Shown here piece after piece: positions 26,452-36,887 of a DNA stretch of 64,000 nt (the stretch's first letter is position 1; each line of letters opens with the position of its first letter). The notes under the pieces were generated by a model. That model had not been told where the DNA came from. It did not search any database and worked only from the letters and a program-made list of their open reading frames with translations. Source of the DNA: Campylobacter sp. VBCF_01 NA2 (lineage in GTDB: Bacteria; Campylobacterota; Campylobacteria; Campylobacterales; Campylobacteraceae); contig NZ_CP115607.1 in NCBI RefSeq assembly GCF_027797205.1, positions 1,541,288-1,605,287 on the forward strand, given 5' to 3'. A program made the position numbers and the translations under genes.

Positions 26452-29400
26452 ATGTTTTCTAAATTTTTTATCAATCGCCCAGTTTTCGCAAGCGTTATTT
26501 CGATTATTATCGTTATTGCTGGAACGATTTGTCTATTTATCGCCCCTGTGGAGGAATACCCGCAACTAACCCCGCCTCAAATTTCAGTTACAGCCACATA
26601 TAGTGGCGCAGACGCGCAGACTATCTCAGATACCGTCGCTTCGCCACTAGAAAACGCAATTAACGGCGTCGATGATATGATTTATATGAGTTCATCATCT
26701 AGCTCGTCAGGTAGGGCAAATATCAGCGTGTTTTTCAAGGTCGGCACCGATCCGCAAGAAGCACTCGTAAATGTAAATAACAGAGTAAATCCAGCCCTAA
26801 CCACGCTTCCAGCCGAAGTGCAAAGAATGGGCGTTAGCGTTACGGAGCGTTCATCATCTATACTTTCTGCGTTTTTCTTTTATGACCCAACAGGTCAAAT
26901 GAGCCCACTTGAAATCCAAAACTATGTCAGCATTAATGTCGTCGATGAGCTAAAACGCGTTAGCGGTGTGGGCGACGCGCAGGCCCTTGGCACGAAGGAT
27001 TACTCAATGAGAATTTGGGTAAATCCAGGACTTATGGCCAAACACAATGTCGTATCATCTGACATAATCGCAGCCATTAGAGAGCAAAACAGCCAATACC
27101 CAGCCGGAAAGCTAGGCGAGCAACCAAACGATTTAGGTAACCCTTATGTCTATGCAATCCAGCCAGAGGGGCGTTTGAAAACGGTCGAAGAGTTCGAAAA
27201 TGTAATCATTAGAGCCAGTGATGATGGTAAATTTTTGCGTGTAAAAGATGTCGCTAGGGTCGAGCTTGGGGCTGAGAGCCTTATCATCAATGGTAAATAC
27301 CAAGGATACGACGCAACGCCAGTTTTCATCTATCAACAAAACGGCGCAAACGCCATTGCTACGCTTGATGCTGTGACTGCGCGTTTAGAGCAGTTAAAGC
27401 AAAATTTTCCAGGTGCGCTGACTTATAGCAACGGATACGACACGACAGAATTTGTCAAGGTTTCTATCGAAGAGGTTATTCATACTTTTATCGAAGCGAT
27501 GATTTTGGTCGTTTTGGTTATTTATATGTTCTTAGGAAATTTCCGCGCGACGATTATTCCAATGCTAGCGGTGCCAGTATCTATTTGTGGCGCGTTTATC
27601 GGAATTTACGCTTTTGGATTTTCGATAAATTTAATTACCCTTTTCGCCCTAGTTTTGGCTATCGGTATCGTCGTCGATGACGCTATTATCGTTATCGAAA
27701 ATGTGGAGAGAATTTTGCATGAAGAGCGAAATTTAAGCGTCAAAGAGGCCACGATTAAGGCAATGGACGAGATTGTAAGTCCGGTAATTTCAATCGTGCT
27801 TGTTTTGGCGGCGGTTTTCGTGCCAGTTGCTTTTATGGAGGGCTTTGTCGGCGTTATCCAAAGACAATTCGCGCTCACACTTGTCTCATCTGTGGTTTTC
27901 TCCGGATTTGTCGCCCTTACTCTAACCCCTGCGCTGTGTGCGCTTTTACTTCGTAAAAAAGAGGCCGAGCCGTTTTGGTTAGTGCGTAAATTTAACGAAT
28001 TTTTCGATTTTTCAACCCGCCTTTTCTCAGCAGGTGTTGCAAAAATTTTGCGCCATGTGATTTTATCGTTGTGCCTTGTGGGAATTATTATTTTTGTGAT
28101 GTTAGAGTTATTTAAAATTACTCCGGGCGGACTTGTGCCAGCCGAGGATAAAGGCTATGTAATGGGCTTTTCGACACTTCCGTCGGCTAGACCTTTGGTA
28201 GCTACTGAAAAGCACATGGATTTCTTGCGTGGCACACTTTCACAAAACCCAAATGTCGAAGCAATCACCACAATCGCGGGATTTGATATGATGGCAGGTG
28301 GTGCTAGGGAAAATTCAGGCGTATTTTTCTCTAAACTCAAACCTTGGGGGGTCCGTCCTGAGGCAAACCAATCAGCCCAATCAATCGCAAACGCGCTAAC
28401 TGGACAGCTTTTTGTCATGGATAGAAGCGCGATGACCTTTGCCCTAACCCCACCTCCAATCAATGGTCTATCAATGACTGGTGGATTTGAAGTGTATGCA
28501 GAAAATACTACGGGCAAAAACTATCAACAAATCGCCGATGATATGGCGCGAATAGTCGCCAAAGCTTCGCAAAATCCAGCTTTGCAAAATGTCCGCTCTA
28601 CGCTAGATGTAAATTTCCCGCAATACAATCTAAGCCTAGATAAGGAAAAAATCAAAATGCTTGGAATTTCAATCCCTGATATTTTTACGACGATAAATTC
28701 GACTATCGGACAATACTACATAAACGATTTTAACCTTTTGGGTAAGACATACCGCGTCTATATGAGAGCAGAACAGCTCTTCCGCGATACGCCAAATGAT
28801 TTAAGGACGCTTTATGTGCGCTCGGCTAGTGGAAATTTGGTTTCGCTTGATTCGGTTGTAAATTTAGAACGCGCCAAAGGCCCTGATATCGTCGATCGTT
28901 TTAATGGTTTCCCAGCAGCTAGACTTATGGGCGATCCTGCCCCTGGATATACTTCTGGTCAGGCAATTGACGCTATTAGAGATACGATTCTGGGCGAATT
29001 CCCTACTGGATACACACTTGGCTGGTCAGGCACGGCTTATCAAGAGGTAAATGCAGCAGGAACTGGCGCAAAGGCATTTGCGTTTGGACTTTTGTTTGTA
29101 TTTTTGATTTTGGCGGCGCAGTATGAGAGGTGGCTAATGCCAATGGCGGTTCTTACAGCCGTGCCATTTAGCGTGTTTGGTGCGCTTTTATTCACATGGG
29201 CTAGGGGATTAAATAACGATATATATTTTCAAATCGGACTTATTTTGCTTATCGGACTTGCGGCAAAAAATGCGATCTTAATCGTCGAATTTGCTATGCA
29301 AGAGTATCAACACGGCGGAAAAAGTATCGCAGAAGCGGCGATTAGTGCAGCAAAAATGCGTTTTAGACCGATTGTTATGACATCTTTGGCTTTTGGTCTT

Positions 29401-29598
29401 GGTGTTTTGCCTATGGTACTTGCCACAGGAGCAGGTTCTGCTAGTCGCCACGCGCTAGGAACTGGCGTGCTTGGTGGAATTTTGGCTGCTTCGACGATAG
29501 CGATTTTCTTCGTGCCGCTATTTTTCTACCTTTTGGAGAGCTTTAATGCGTGGCTAGATAAGCGAAAAATAAAATCAGAGGAAAAAGATGAAAACTAA
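26452..29598 (+). CDS. cmeB: RND multidrug efflux transporter, AcrB/CmeB family
   Basis: 1048 aa with 12 TM helices and two large periplasmic loops. Conserved AcrB motifs (e.g. [14 protein letters not shown]). Confidence 0.9.
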   Translation: MFSKFFINRPVFASVISIIIVIAGTICLFIAPVEEYPQLTPPQISVTATYSGADAQTISDTVASPLENAINGVDDMIYMSSSSSSSGRANISVFFKVGTDPQEALVNVNNRVNPALTTLPAEVQRMGVSVTERSSSILSAFFFYDPTGQMSPLEIQNYVSINVVDELKRVSGVGDAQALGTKDYSMRIWVNPGLMAKHNVVSSDIIAAIREQNSQYPAGKLGEQPNDLGNPYVYAIQPEGRLKTVEEFENVIIRASDDGKFLRVKDVARVELGAESLIINGKYQGYDATPVFIYQQNGANAIATLDAVTARLEQLKQNFPGALTYSNGYDTTEFVKVSIEEVIHTFIEAMILVVLVIYMFLGNFRATIIPMLAVPVSICGAFIGIYAFGFSINLITLFALVLAIGIVVDDAIIVIENVERILHEERNLSVKEATIKAMDEIVSPVISIVLVLAAVFVPVAFMEGFVGVIQRQFALTLVSSVVFSGFVALTLTPALCALLLRKKEAEPFWLVRKFNEFFDFSTRLFSAGVAKILRHVILSLCLVGIIIFVMLELFKITPGGLVPAEDKGYVMGFSTLPSARPLVATEKHMDFLRGTLSQNPNVEAITTIAGFDMMAGGARENSGVFFSKLKPWGVRPEANQSAQSIANALTGQLFVMDRSAMTFALTPPPINGLSMTGGFEVYAENTTGKNYQQIADDMARIVAKASQNPALQNVRSTLDVNFPQYNLSLDKEKIKMLGISIPDIFTTINSTIGQYYINDFNLLGKTYRVYMRAEQLFRDTPNDLRTLYVRSASGNLVSLDSVVNLERAKGPDIVDRFNGFPAARLMGDPAPGYTSGQAIDAIRDTILGEFPTGYTLGWSGTAYQEVNAAGTGAKAFAFGLLFVFLILAAQYERWLMPMAVLTAVPFSVFGALLFTWARGLNNDIYFQIGLILLIGLAAKNAILIVEFAMQEYQHGGKSIAEAAISAAKMRFRPIVMTSLAFGLGVLPMVLATGAGSASRHALGTGVLGGILAASTIAIFFVPLFFYLLESFNAWLDKRKIKSEEKDEN

Positions 29599-31039
29599 AA
29601 TTTTACTAGGAATTTTAACTGGCGCACTGATTAGTGGTTGTAGCTTTAAGCCTGATATGCCAGTTCGTCATATCGAGTATAGATCTGGATACGAGGCGAC
29701 AAATGTGAGCCAAATGTGGTGGAAAAGCTACAACGACACCCAGCTAAATGCGCTAATTGATAGTGCTTTGGCGAATAATTCTGATTTAATGCTGGCTTTG
29801 AATAATATCGAGCGCGCAAGGCTAAATTTGGGTCTAAGTAAGCTTGAATATCTGCCAAATATCGGAATTTCAGGCTCTGCAATGCGCCAGAATAATTATG
29901 CTAATATGCCTGATTCAAATTCTCACGCTTCTTACGCGATTTCAGCGCCACTTAGCTATGAGATTGATTTTTGGGGTAGGGTGCGAAACAGCGTGGGTGC
30001 TAGCGCGGCGCAGTATATGGGGACTAAATACGATTATGAAACAGCTAAAAACACAATCACTAGCGCGGTTGCAAGCTCGTATTTCACGCTTTTATCCCTA
30101 AAAGAGCAAGAAAGAATTCTAACTAAATCGCTTAAAAGCTACGAGCAGACGCAAAATTACCGCAAAAAAGAGCTAGAAGCTGGCGCGATAAATCAAATCA
30201 CGCTTAGCCAAGCAAGTGCTGCTGTGCAAAACGCCAAAGCAAGCCTAATCGCCGTGCAAAACCAAATTTCTCAGGTGCAAACCTCGCTTGCGATTTTAGC
30301 CGGCAAAAGCTACGACGGGGTCGTAAATCCGCAAATCCTCACAGCCGCAAAACTGCCTAATGCTCCACAAATCCCAAGTGGCGTGCCAAGTGATGTTTTG
30401 CTTCATCGCCCAGATGTGGCAAAGGCCTTGGAGGATTTGCGCGCTAGCAATTTCCTAGTCGGCGTTGCCAAGGCAGGGTATTTCCCGACTATCTCGCTAA
30501 CTGGGGCGTTTGGCTATGCAAGTAGCGATTTTGATAGGTTGATTAGCTCGACTACCAGCTCGTGGAGTATCGGTGGCTCGCTCGTGGGACCTTTGCTTGA
30601 TTTTGGGCGAACTAAAAAGAGGGTCGATATCGCAAATGTCGATCAAAATTCATCTTTTATCGCTTATGATAAGGCGCTAAAAACGGCTCTTGGCGATGTC
30701 AAAGACGCCCTAACTACGCTTAAAAACGCAAAAGAACGCAAAAAAGCGATGAACGATTTGCTAAGCTCGCAACGCAAAATTTACAAAGACGCGACCGAGC
30801 TTTACAACGCTGGATATTCTAGCCATTTAGAATTCCTAGACGCGCAACGCAATCTTTTGAACACAGAACTTGCCAAAGTGGGCGCTGATTTGGAAGAGCT
30901 AGAAGCTAGCGTAAATGCTTACAAAGCGCTTGGCGGGGGATTTAGCATAAGCGACGAGGAGCTAAAAGAGATTTTAGGGGCTGATGCCGATACTGCGCCT
31001 GATATGTCTGCTGTGCCGATAGATAGGATATTTAGGTAA
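29588..31039 (+). CDS. cmeC: Outer-membrane efflux lipoprotein, NodT/CmeC family
   Basis: Lipobox ISGCSF and TolC-like repeats. Overlaps the cmeB stop. A perfect palindromic terminator follows. Confidence 0.85.
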   Translation: MKTKILLGILTGALISGCSFKPDMPVRHIEYRSGYEATNVSQMWWKSYNDTQLNALIDSALANNSDLMLALNNIERARLNLGLSKLEYLPNIGISGSAMRQNNYANMPDSNSHASYAISAPLSYEIDFWGRVRNSVGASAAQYMGTKYDYETAKNTITSAVASSYFTLLSLKEQERILTKSLKSYEQTQNYRKKELEAGAINQITLSQASAAVQNAKASLIAVQNQISQVQTSLAILAGKSYDGVVNPQILTAAKLPNAPQIPSGVPSDVLLHRPDVAKALEDLRASNFLVGVAKAGYFPTISLTGAFGYASSDFDRLISSTTSSWSIGGSLVGPLLDFGRTKKRVDIANVDQNSSFIAYDKALKTALGDVKDALTTLKNAKERKKAMNDLLSSQRKIYKDATELYNAGYSSHLEFLDAQRNLLNTELAKVGADLEELEASVNAYKALGGGFSISDEELKEILGADADTAPDMSAVPIDRIFR

Positions 31040-31071
31040 AATTTGCGGAATTTTAAAATTCCGCAAATTTT
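31038..31071 (+). terminator. Perfect 34-bp palindrome/terminator after cmeC
   Basis: aaaatttgcggaattttaaaattccgcaaatttt. Confidence 0.6.
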
Positions 31072-31120
31072 CAAATTCCAGCTTCAAATTTAAAATTTTA
31101 GTTATAATCCAAACCTTTTT

Positions 31121-31208
31121 AGACAGGTGTCCGAGTGGTCGAAGGAGCACGCCTGGAACGCGTGTGAGGTGCAAGCCTCCGAGGGTTCGAATCCCTTCCT
31201 GTCTGCCA
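31121..31208 (+). tRNA. tRNA-Ser (GGA anticodon, long variable arm)
   Basis: Acceptor stem agacagg/cctgtct, anticodon loop ccuGGAac, long extra arm, T-loop ggttcgaatcc, 3' CCA encoded. Confidence 0.8.
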
Positions 31209-31286
31209 GAATGCAAATTACAGAATAAATTTTATTTAAATCAAATTTTGCTTATAATTGCGCCTTAAATTTTATTATAAGGAGGG

Positions 31287-32711
31287 GTGATGTTTTCGCC
31301 TGTTTTGATTGGATTTGGTGGCGGTTTGGTCGCTATCGTGGTCATTTGTGTGCTTGCAGCTATGTATTTTAGGACCGTCGTGGAGACAAACGAGGTTCAT
31401 ATTGTCCAAAGCGCGCGCAAAACGCAAAGTTTTGGCAAAGACACTGGAAATGGAAATGTGTATTACAATTTCCCGGGCTGGGTGCCGATTTTAGGCGTTA
31501 GCAAGATAATTTTGCCAGTTTCAGTATTTAGTATCAAAATCGAGGCTTACGAAGCTTACGATGTGGGTAGGCTACCATTTGTCGTGGATATCACGGCGTT
31601 TTTCCGCATTGCTGATTCAAATTTAGCCGCCCAAAGGGTCAAAGACTTCGACGATCTCAAAAAGCAACTCACAGATATTATCCAAGGCTCAATCCGCTCG
31701 ATTTTAGCCAAACGAGAGCTAGAAGAAATCCTTACAATCCGCTCAGCCCTAGGCGAGGATTTTACCGTTTCGGTTCAATCCCAGCTCGAAAACTGGGGCA
31801 TTGCGCCTGTGAAAAATATCGAATTAATGGATATTAAAGACAAAGATGGCGAAAAGGTCATTTTCAACATAATGGAAAAGAAAAAATCCGCTATCGAAAA
31901 AGACAGCCGTGTCGAGGTCGCCGAAAACCGCAAACGCGCCCAAATCGCTGAAATCGAAGCCAAAAGAGAAACCGAGATCAAAGAGCAAGAAGCCCTAAAA
32001 CTCGTAGGCCTTAAAACCGTCGAGCAAGAGCGCGAGGTCGCAATCAGCAAAGAACAAGCCAAACAAGTGGTAAAAGAGCAGGAAAAAATCACCCAAGAAA
32101 AGGCAATGGAGGTCGTGCGCGTCCAAGATGTCAAAAAAGCAGAGATTAAAAAGCAAGTAGAAATCGTCCAAGCTGAGCAAGAACAGCGCAAAATCGAAAT
32201 CGACGCGGAGGCTAAGAAAACAGCCAAAATCAAGGAAGCCGAAGCCCAAAAAGAAAACCAAATCCTAATCGCGCAAGGCGATAAAGAAAGACAGTTTTTG
32301 GAGGCGGCTGCGCTTTTAGAAATCAAAGACAAAGAGAGCCAAGGTATCGCAAAAATAGGAACCGCTGAGGCTGAGGCTTTGAGATTGAAAGAGCTAGCCC
32401 CTGTCAATGCGCAAATCGAGCTAGCGCGCGAAATCGGCGAAAACGAGGGCTATCAAACATATCTAATCTCAATCGAGCAAATCAAGGCTAACCGCGACAT
32501 CGGCTTAGAGCAGGCCAAAGCCCTAACTAGCGCAGATCTAAAAATCATCGCAAACAATGGCAATGTAAGCGAGGGGCTAAATTCGCTTGGTGGCGTGCTA
32601 AGCGCGAATGGTGGCACAAAAATCGCCTCCATGCTAGAAGGGCTAGCTCAAAGCGAGCTAGGAAAACAGCTTGTCGATAAAATCACCAAGCCAAAAGAGG
32701 GCGAGAAATAA
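31287..32711 (+). CDS. SPFH/band-7 flotillin-like membrane protein (YqiK family) with long E/K-rich coiled coil
   Basis: N-terminal TM segment, an SPFH domain and an extended EA/KE-repeat coiled-coil region. Confidence 0.75.
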   Translation: MMFSPVLIGFGGGLVAIVVICVLAAMYFRTVVETNEVHIVQSARKTQSFGKDTGNGNVYYNFPGWVPILGVSKIILPVSVFSIKIEAYEAYDVGRLPFVVDITAFFRIADSNLAAQRVKDFDDLKKQLTDIIQGSIRSILAKRELEEILTIRSALGEDFTVSVQSQLENWGIAPVKNIELMDIKDKDGEKVIFNIMEKKKSAIEKDSRVEVAENRKRAQIAEIEAKRETEIKEQEALKLVGLKTVEQEREVAISKEQAKQVVKEQEKITQEKAMEVVRVQDVKKAEIKKQVEIVQAEQEQRKIEIDAEAKKTAKIKEAEAQKENQILIAQGDKERQFLEAAALLEIKDKESQGIAKIGTAEAEALRLKELAPVNAQIELAREIGENEGYQTYLISIEQIKANRDIGLEQAKALTSADLKIIANNGNVSEGLNSLGGVLSANGGTKIASMLEGLAQSELGKQLVDKITKPKEGEK

Positions 32712-32806
32712 AATTTAACCCCAAATTTGGGGTTAAATTTTATAATACTAGACTTGACATTAATTCGAAATCTAACTATAATACGCCCTAAATTTCAGGG
32801 GCAAAA

Positions 32807-33247
32807 ATGAAAAAAGAACGCAAAAGCATATTTTTAAGCGCACAGCTTGTAAGAGAGGCAAATGATTACATTATAAACGAATTTAAAAGGCTTGAAATTT
32901 TAGGGATTTCACCCAGCCACGGGGATATTTTTCACTATCTTTTTGGGGGTAAAATTTTAAGTCCAGCCCAAATTGCCACTAAAATCAACCGCACAAAAGC
33001 AACTGTTACAACCCTGCTTGATAGGCTCGAAATGGACGGCTATTTGGTGCGAGAAAAGGACAAAAACGACGCAAGAAGCGTAAATGTAAAACTCACGCCA
33101 AAAGGCGAGAGTTTAAAGCCGAAATTTGATGAAATTTCAAAGAATTTAAATAAAATTTTAGCGAAAAATTTTAGCGAATTTGAATTAGACGCGCTAGATA
33201 CGCTTTTAAGCCGTGCGATTAAAAATTTTAATAAAAAAATTAATTAG
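32807..33247 (+). CDS. MarR-family transcriptional regulator
   Basis: Winged HTH of MarR type (LSPAQIATKINRTKATVTTLLDRLEMDGYLVREKDKNDARS). Confidence 0.8.
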   Translation: MKKERKSIFLSAQLVREANDYIINEFKRLEILGISPSHGDIFHYLFGGKILSPAQIATKINRTKATVTTLLDRLEMDGYLVREKDKNDARSVNVKLTPKGESLKPKFDEISKNLNKILAKNFSEFELDALDTLLSRAIKNFNKKIN

Positions 33248-33263
33248 ATATCAAAGGAAATTT

Positions 33264-33794
33264 ATGAAAAAATTTACGATTTTTGCTGTTTTTGTGAGTC
33301 AAATTTTATGCGCTAATTCAAATTTAGCCCAAAGCTTAGAGCCAAATTTTAACCAAATTTGCTACCAAAGCAGGGTCAAATCCGAGTGCAACAAAGAGGC
33401 TATGGCGCACTTCCAAACCGCCATAAATACCGCTGATACCGCCTTGGCAGAGAAGCTAATAAACCAAAACGCTACATTTTTTACCCCAGTTTCCAAAGAC
33501 CCGCTTTATGGCGGCGCAGGGTATATCTCGGTGGTAAATTTCATGAGACAAAGCTTCCCTGATATCAAATGGCAAATCAAAGATATCGTCGCAAACGACG
33601 CTGTGGTGGCTGTTTTGTGGGAGTGTAGCGGCACACACGAGAGGGGCGAATTTTACGGCAAAAAGGCGGACGGAGCGAAATTTTCGTTTAGCACGATGAA
33701 TTTTTACTATTTTGACGAAAATGGCAAAATCACAAACGATGTCGCAGGCGAGGGGCTTGCGGGGCTTTTAATCGATCTTGAAATTTTAAAATAA
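33264..33794 (+). CDS. SnoaL-like/ester-cyclase family secreted protein
   Basis: Signal peptide and a NTF2-like fold signature (predicted ester cyclase-like). Start chosen at MKKFTIF. Overlaps the marR stop region. Confidence 0.5.
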   Translation: MKKFTIFAVFVSQILCANSNLAQSLEPNFNQICYQSRVKSECNKEAMAHFQTAINTADTALAEKLINQNATFFTPVSKDPLYGGAGYISVVNFMRQSFPDIKWQIKDIVANDAVVAVLWECSGTHERGEFYGKKADGAKFSFSTMNFYYFDENGKITNDVAGEGLAGLLIDLEILK

Positions 33795-33813
33795 TCTTAT
33801 TTAAGGAGAAAAA

Positions 33814-34200
33814 ATGAAAAACTACACTTTTGCAAGGCTCGATAGCAACGAGCGCGTCGAGTTTAAAGAGCTTTTGGGTCTAAGCGGTTGCGAGATTAGC
33901 TTAAACACCCTGCCGGCGGGCATTAGCGTGCCTTTCGTGCATGCGCATGTCCAAAACGAAGAGGTCTATATCGTCCTTGAAGGTAGCGGCAAGCTTTTCA
34001 TCGACGGCGAAGAAATCGCAATCGCTAAGGGCGATATTTTCAAAATCGATCCAAGCGGCGAACGCTGTATCAGCGCTGGCGATGAGACGATTAGATTCCT
34101 TTGTATCCAGGTCAAGGCAGGCTCTTTGGAGCAATACACCGACACCGACGGCGTTTTGCGCGAGGGGATTAAGCCAAGCTGGCTATTTAATGTAAAATAG
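33814..34200 (+). CDS. Cupin-domain protein
   Basis: Two His-containing cupin motifs (PFVHAHVQNEEVYIVLEGSG ... GDIFKI). Confidence 0.65.
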   Translation: MKNYTFARLDSNERVEFKELLGLSGCEISLNTLPAGISVPFVHAHVQNEEVYIVLEGSGKLFIDGEEIAIAKGDIFKIDPSGERCISAGDETIRFLCIQVKAGSLEQYTDTDGVLREGIKPSWLFNVK

Positions 34201-34210
34201 TGGAATTTGG

Positions 34211-34290
34211 AAATTCCGCTTCGCAAGCTTGTAATACTGCACCCGAATTTTAAAATTCGGCGCAAAATTAGAAATTTGCGAAGCGGGGAA
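34211..34290. repeat. Dispersed intergenic repeat family B, copy 3, embedded in an 11-bp perfect inverted repeat (ccgcttcgcaa / ttgcgaagcgg)
   Basis: aaattccgcttcgcaagcttgtaatactgcacccgaattttaaaattcggcgc...ttgcgaagcgg. The inner ccgaattttaaaattcgg is also palindromic. Confidence 0.75.
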
Positions 34291-34313
34291 AATTTAAAAT
34301 TTAAGGGGTTTTT

Positions 34314-34658
34314 ATGCCGTATATCGATGCGAAATTTAGCGCGAAATTTGATGAAAAAACACTACAAAGCGTCGCGGGTGCGCTTTGTAATGCCGTAAGT
34401 GAGGCGTTTGGCAAAAAAAGTGAGAGCATAATGAGCGCGGTAGAGTGCGACAAGGCGCTTTTTATCTCGCAAAATGCGGTTGCAAATGGCGCGTATATCG
34501 CAATCTCGCTGCTAGGAATTAGCGTAGAAAAGCAAAAATGCGAGGTTTGCGTTAGGCTTGTGAGCGAGGCGTTGCGTGGCTTTGGCATAAACCCCGATGA
34601 GGTGTATGTGACATTTCACCCAATCCTGCTATGGGGCAGAGGCGAGAAGATGTTTTAG
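34314..34658 (+). CDS. Tautomerase/MIF-superfamily-like small protein (N-terminal Pro-1)
   Basis: Starts MP(YIDAKF). About 114 aa with a beta-alpha-beta-like pattern. The assignment is tentative. Confidence 0.4.
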   Translation: MPYIDAKFSAKFDEKTLQSVAGALCNAVSEAFGKKSESIMSAVECDKALFISQNAVANGAYIAISLLGISVEKQKCEVCVRLVSEALRGFGINPDEVYVTFHPILLWGRGEKMF

Positions 34659-34738
34659 GGCGAAATGAGCTTTAAAATTTGGATTTAAATTTAGGCGAAA
34701 AATTTAGCCAAATTTCAAAATTTGGCTAAATTTTAAAT

Positions 34739-35278
34739 TTACTTGATTTTTTCTATCTGTTCGACTAACTCTTTTGCGATTGCGACAATGGCACCATTTT
34801 CGAAATCATCGCTTCTGTTTGCGCCAGCAATCGTTTTTAGGTTGCCAAAAAATCCAGGGTTATATCGCATTTTGTTGTTTTGGGTTACGGCTCTTACGAT
34901 TTCATTGTTTTTTATGATTTTGATTTCGTAAGTAAAGAAGATATTGCCGATAGAATCGGTTTTTGCAAAGGTTGCCTCCCCTACAAATTCTCTTTGATAA
35001 TCTAAATCTATATGAATTTGCTCACTAGAATTTGCGTTTAAAAGATTTTTTTGTGCTAGTTGATTTTTGATTTCATTGTTTAACTTGGTTTCTACGACGC
35101 TTTTGTCTTGATAAACAACTTTTTCTGGCTGATGATTTTGTATGAAATTTAGATTTATAGCATCAAATTTATACACGCCACTTATCGGCCGGGAGGGCGT
35201 TTGTGCGCTATTTCCCACGCAACCTGTTAAAAATAGGCTAAAAATTATAGCCAAAGCAAAAGAAAATAATTTTTTCAT
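34739..35278 (-). CDS. Hypothetical lipoprotein
   Basis: Lipobox LTGCVG. No recognisable domain. Confidence 0.55.
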   Translation of the reverse strand: MKKLFSFALAIIFSLFLTGCVGNSAQTPSRPISGVYKFDAINLNFIQNHQPEKVVYQDKSVVETKLNNEIKNQLAQKNLLNANSSEQIHIDLDYQREFVGEATFAKTDSIGNIFFTYEIKIIKNNEIVRAVTQNNKMRYNPGFFGNLKTIAGANRSDDFENGAIVAIAKELVEQIEKIK

Positions 35279-35399
35279 AAGGTCTCCTTAAAATTTTCAT
35301 TAGCAAGGCAGACGCCAAGCTCTGTTTGATTTTTAAATTCGAAAAATGATTTTATCGGTAAAATTTTAAAAGAAAGTAAAAAAAATTGATTTAAAAAAG

Positions 35400-35487
35400 T
35401 GGCCGGGAGATAGGGATTCGAACCCCAGGAGGTGTTACCCTCAACGGTTTTCAAGACCGCCGCTTTCGACCGCTCAGCCATCTCCCG
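35400..35487 (-). tRNA. tRNA-Ser (TGA anticodon)
   Basis: Reverse complement gives ggagagatggctgagcgg... with anticodon loop cuUGAaa, a long variable arm and T-loop ggttcgaatcc, ending CCA. Confidence 0.8.
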
Positions 35488-35493
35488 ATAGAA

Positions 35494-35646
35494 TTATTCT
35501 GTTTTTTCGCTGACCCACTCTGCGCCGTTATGAACCTTTTCCTTCGTCCATTGACCAGCGTTTTTTGAGTCTTGTTTCACGCCTTGCCATGTGTTTGAAC
35601 ACCCGCTAAACGCCAAAACTAAAAGTATCGTAACTATATATTTCAT
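35494..35646 (-). CDS. Small lipoprotein (about 50 aa)
   Basis: MKYIVTILLVLAFSGCSN lipobox. Short mature peptide. Wedged between tRNA genes. Start chosen to avoid overlap with tRNA-Cys. Confidence 0.45.
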   Translation of the reverse strand: MKYIVTILLVLAFSGCSNTWQGVKQDSKNAGQWTKEKVHNGAEWVSEKTE

Positions 35647-35664
35647 AGACTCTCCTTGTTGTTT

Positions 35665-35739
35665 TGGAAGCGACACCCGGATTCGAACCGGGGATCAAGG
35701 CTTTGCAGGCCCATGCCTTACCGCTTGGCTATGTCGCCA
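35665..35739 (-). tRNA. tRNA-Cys (GCA anticodon)
   Basis: Reverse complement ggcgacatagccaagcggtaaggc...cuGCAaa...ggttcgaatccgg gtgtcgct-t-cca. U73 discriminator typical of Cys. Confidence 0.8.
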
Positions 35740-35756
35740 CACTAAGCCGTTTTTGG

Positions 35757-35846
35757 TGGTGCCCGGAGCCGGACTTGAACCGGCACGGAAGAAAAAATTC
35801 CGAGGGATTTTAAGTCCCTTGCGTCTACCAATTCCGCCATCCGGGC
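35757..35846 (-). tRNA. tRNA-Leu (TAA anticodon, long variable arm)
   Basis: Reverse complement gcccggatggcggaattggtagacgc...cuUAAaa...long extra arm...ggttcaagtccggc tccgggc-a-cca. Confidence 0.8.
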
Positions 35847-35870
35847 ACATTTTCAACACATACAAAATCA

Positions 35871-35946
35871 TGGAGCGGGAAACGAGAGTCGAACTCGCGA
35901 CATCAACCATGGCAAGGTTGCGCTCTACCACTGAGCTATTCCCGCG
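35871..35946 (-). tRNA. tRNA-Gly (GCC anticodon)
   Basis: Reverse complement gcgggaatagctcagtggtagagcgcaacc uuGCCau ggttg...ggttcgactc...tcccgctcca. Confidence 0.8.
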
Positions 35947-36060
35947 TCAAAAACGAAAGCTGATTTTAGCAAATTAAAACTTAAAATTTTATTTTATTTG
36001 CAAAATTTCTCTTTTTTAAATTCATTATAAGCTAAAAAGTGTAAAATTACAGAGCTTTTT

Positions 36061-36136
<76 letters not shown>

Positions 36137-36373
36137 TTTTATTTTAAATCCACACTCATTTAACACTGCGCCGAATTTGAAATTTCATATATTTTATCAT
36201 TGTTGGTGAAGCGAAATAAGCGTGCTAATCTAGTAAAATTTAGAGAATTTTAAAAATTTGAGAATTGAAATTTGTTTGAATTTCGCTATATTGTTTGCCC
36301 GCGATGACAAACCGGCCAAATTTACAAAATTTCATCATTAAATGCTATACTCGAAAAAACAAAAGGAAATCCT

Positions 36374-36826
36374 ATGAAAAAAGCATTTAGTATGGTTGAG
36401 CTTGTTTTTGTGATTGTGATTGTTGGGATTTTGGTTGGCGTTGCGCTTCCACGCTTACAAGCTTCGAGAGATGATGCCTTGGTCGTGGCGGCCAAAAACG
36501 ACCTAAAAACCGCACTTAGCGATGTCATCGCCTATAATCTCACGCAGGGGCGGTATTCGACCAATATCAAGGACATGACGAGCGTGGATTTTAAAAACAG
36601 CGTTTTTCGCGTGAAAAAGCGGGATTGTTTGAAGTTTATTTTCCACGGCATGAGCGTTATGGAGGTGCGGATTGATAGAGCTGGGCTGTGCGGGAGAGTG
36701 CTAGAAGGCTCTGCGGTCGAACCATACCTCAAAATGGACGCAGGAGAGCTCAAACACAGCGATAGCGTATCATATATCCCGCTGGATAGTTCGACGATTT
36801 CTGCGATAAATGGAGCGAAATTTTAG
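36374..36826 (+). CDS. Prepilin-type N-terminal methylation-domain protein (type IV pilin/pseudopilin-like, competence/T2SS-associated)
   Basis: MKKAFSMVELVFVIVIVGIL, a class III signal with a hydrophobic alpha1 helix typical of type IV pilins. Confidence 0.7.
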   Translation: MKKAFSMVELVFVIVIVGILVGVALPRLQASRDDALVVAAKNDLKTALSDVIAYNLTQGRYSTNIKDMTSVDFKNSVFRVKKRDCLKFIFHGMSVMEVRIDRAGLCGRVLEGSAVEPYLKMDAGELKHSDSVSYIPLDSSTISAINGAKF

Positions 36827-36856
36827 TAAAATTCTGCAAATTTCAAAATTTAATGT

Positions 36857-36887
36857 AAAATTTTGGGCAAATTTTGCCCAAAATTTT
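36857..36887. terminator. Bidirectional palindromic terminator between the pilin-like gene (+) and the SBP gene (-)
   Basis: aaaattttgggcaaattttgcccaaaatttt. Confidence 0.55.

Noticed and set aside
31775-32407. 210-aa minus-strand ORF rich in Ser/Ala inside the flotillin-like gene
   Set aside because: It is the antisense of an E/K/A-rich coiled-coil coding region. Its low-complexity composition is typical of shadow ORFs.
35591-35977. 128-aa plus-strand ORF overlapping tRNA-Cys, tRNA-Leu and tRNA-Gly
   Set aside because: It spans three well-folded tRNA genes, so it is a spurious read-through of structured RNA sequence.
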